Under the pieces are notes generated by a model. That model was not told the origin of the DNA and ran no database searches. It saw only the letters and a program-made list of their open reading frames with translations. From NCBI GenBank assembly GCA_002633005.1, contig NMRA01000985.1, forward strand, positions 1 to 36,470: a stretch of DNA of 36,470 nucleotides. The letters are read 5' to 3'. Shown here piece by piece: positions 35,224-36,470 of this stretch. Source of the stretch: Phoronis australis. Taxonomy: Eukaryota > Animalia > Phoronida. Made by a program: the position numbers and the translations under genes. Each line of letters starts with the position of its first letter. The stretch's first letter is position 1.

Positions 35224-35900
35224 CCGTATTTGCCCTGATAAGCACTCAGGGCGCTTAGAAAAATTCGCTTCAGAAAGGGGGGCGCTTACTATAGCCCAAA
35301 GTGGTCTCCAAAACAGGTGAAATCATAAGCTAGAATTCATCAAATTTACGCTCTGTGACACATCTATAACCTATGACAGAGTTTCTATAAAATTGCAGTG
35401 CAAATTTCGCAATCAAACTTTGTTGTTGAACTACGAGCATTTTTCAGAAAATCCCAGTGCGAAAGCTCAACGACAGATAAGTCACTGCCTTGCGATCGCC
35501 GATAGTTCAACTTGAATTCTTGAGTAAAACTATAGTTTCTACTCAACAGATTACCTGAAGTCCTCCATAAGTTTTCAAAATAGCGTCCCGAACATTTTTG
35601 AGTTTCTGTGAAGTCAGCATTAACTGCGTATTAAGTCCAAACCTGCACCAGATCATACTCCGTAACACGAGAAAAATCTCTGGACAAATGTACGTTGTTG
35701 TCACGTGATGTTTGCTTTGAAGTTCGTCTGCGTGTGTGAGTGAGCGAGCGCGTGCATGTTATCAGAGTTCATTTGCCGGAGTAAACGCAATGTAACAAAA
35801 GAAATTAACAAAAGCAGTAAAGCATAACGTGTCTTATTAAGAGCTATTCCAGCAAAATCTGTATGGGAGGGGGAAGGCACTTTTATTTCCTACCCACCGC
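35224..35900 (+). mobile_element. Tc2/pogo-like element, left end; right end not seen
   Basis: TA + ccgtatttgccctgataagc, GGGCGCTTA motifs, homology to 11625-11804; 3' limit uncertain. Confidence 0.6.
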
Positions 35901-36108
35901 CCATATTTTTCATTTATTTCTCCAACCAATGACCCATAATTTTTTAATTAATAGGTTATAATGTAAAATCCAATACTTGCAAACAAATTGCCTACAGGAT
36001 GACCTGTTAAGAACTTAGATGATTGACCAAGTTGTCTTGTCCAATATTGTCAAAAACTAAAGTAGCCAAGAGGGGGGTCGAATCAAAACAAAAATGACTT
36101 CATTTCCT

Positions 36109-36470
36109 ATTCAAATAGGAAATGAGGAATTTATACTTACTCAGTATGCTGATGACACAACGTTTTTCTTAGATGGTTCAAGGCGTAGTTTGGAAGCTAT
36201 TATGGAAGTTTTGAGTAGATATGCAGATATGTCTGGTTTGAGAGTAAATTTTTCCAAAACTAATGTTATTTGGTTGGCCAGTAAAAAATTTTGCAAGGAT
36301 GTTTTCCATCACGCAAGATGGAAGTTGGAATGGGGCATGACGGAATTTAAGATGCTAGGTATCAAGTTTAGTGTTAACCTAGAAAAAATGATTGACATCA
36401 ACTACAATGAGAAGATTGATGAAATCAATAATCTTATCAAAATTTGGTCTAGAAGAAAAATCTCCTTTTT
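36109..36470 (+). mobile_element. 5'-truncated non-LTR retrotransposon (L1/Tx1-like) reverse transcriptase fragment, antisense within a UBA5 intron
   Basis: Open frame IQIGNEEFILTQYADDTTFFLDGS...SGLRVNFSKT...FKMLGIKF...IWSRRKISF running off the window; YADD at 36145-36156. Confidence 0.92.

Overview
Intron-rich, AT-rich eukaryotic (invertebrate-like animal) genomic scaffold. It has three assembly breaks: single N at 11805 and 22916, and 250 N at 28037-28286. Two housekeeping genes lie tail to tail, both missing their 5' exons in this window. AAMP (WD40 protein, Sqt1 orthologue) is on the + strand with 9 exons, 1300-14827. UBA5 (UFM1-activating E1) is on the - strand with 9 exon positions, 34013-17743, and its 136-nt zinc-ligand exon is present twice. 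The introns are packed with transposon derivatives: Tc2/pogo-like elements, a piggyBac MITE, Harbinger-like MITEs, a decayed THAP/SWIM ISL2EU-like element, a 4.3-kb long-TIR element, tRNA-derived SINEs with alternative tails, a LINE RT fragment, a foldback with nested hairpins and several minisatellites. I see no evidence of a wholly new protein-coding system. The best leads are the duplicated UBA5 exon (mutually exclusive exon versus haplotype artefact), the 85-bp-arm foldback, the SINE tail swap and the unclassified 4.3-kb element. All annotation was done by eye, with no database searches.
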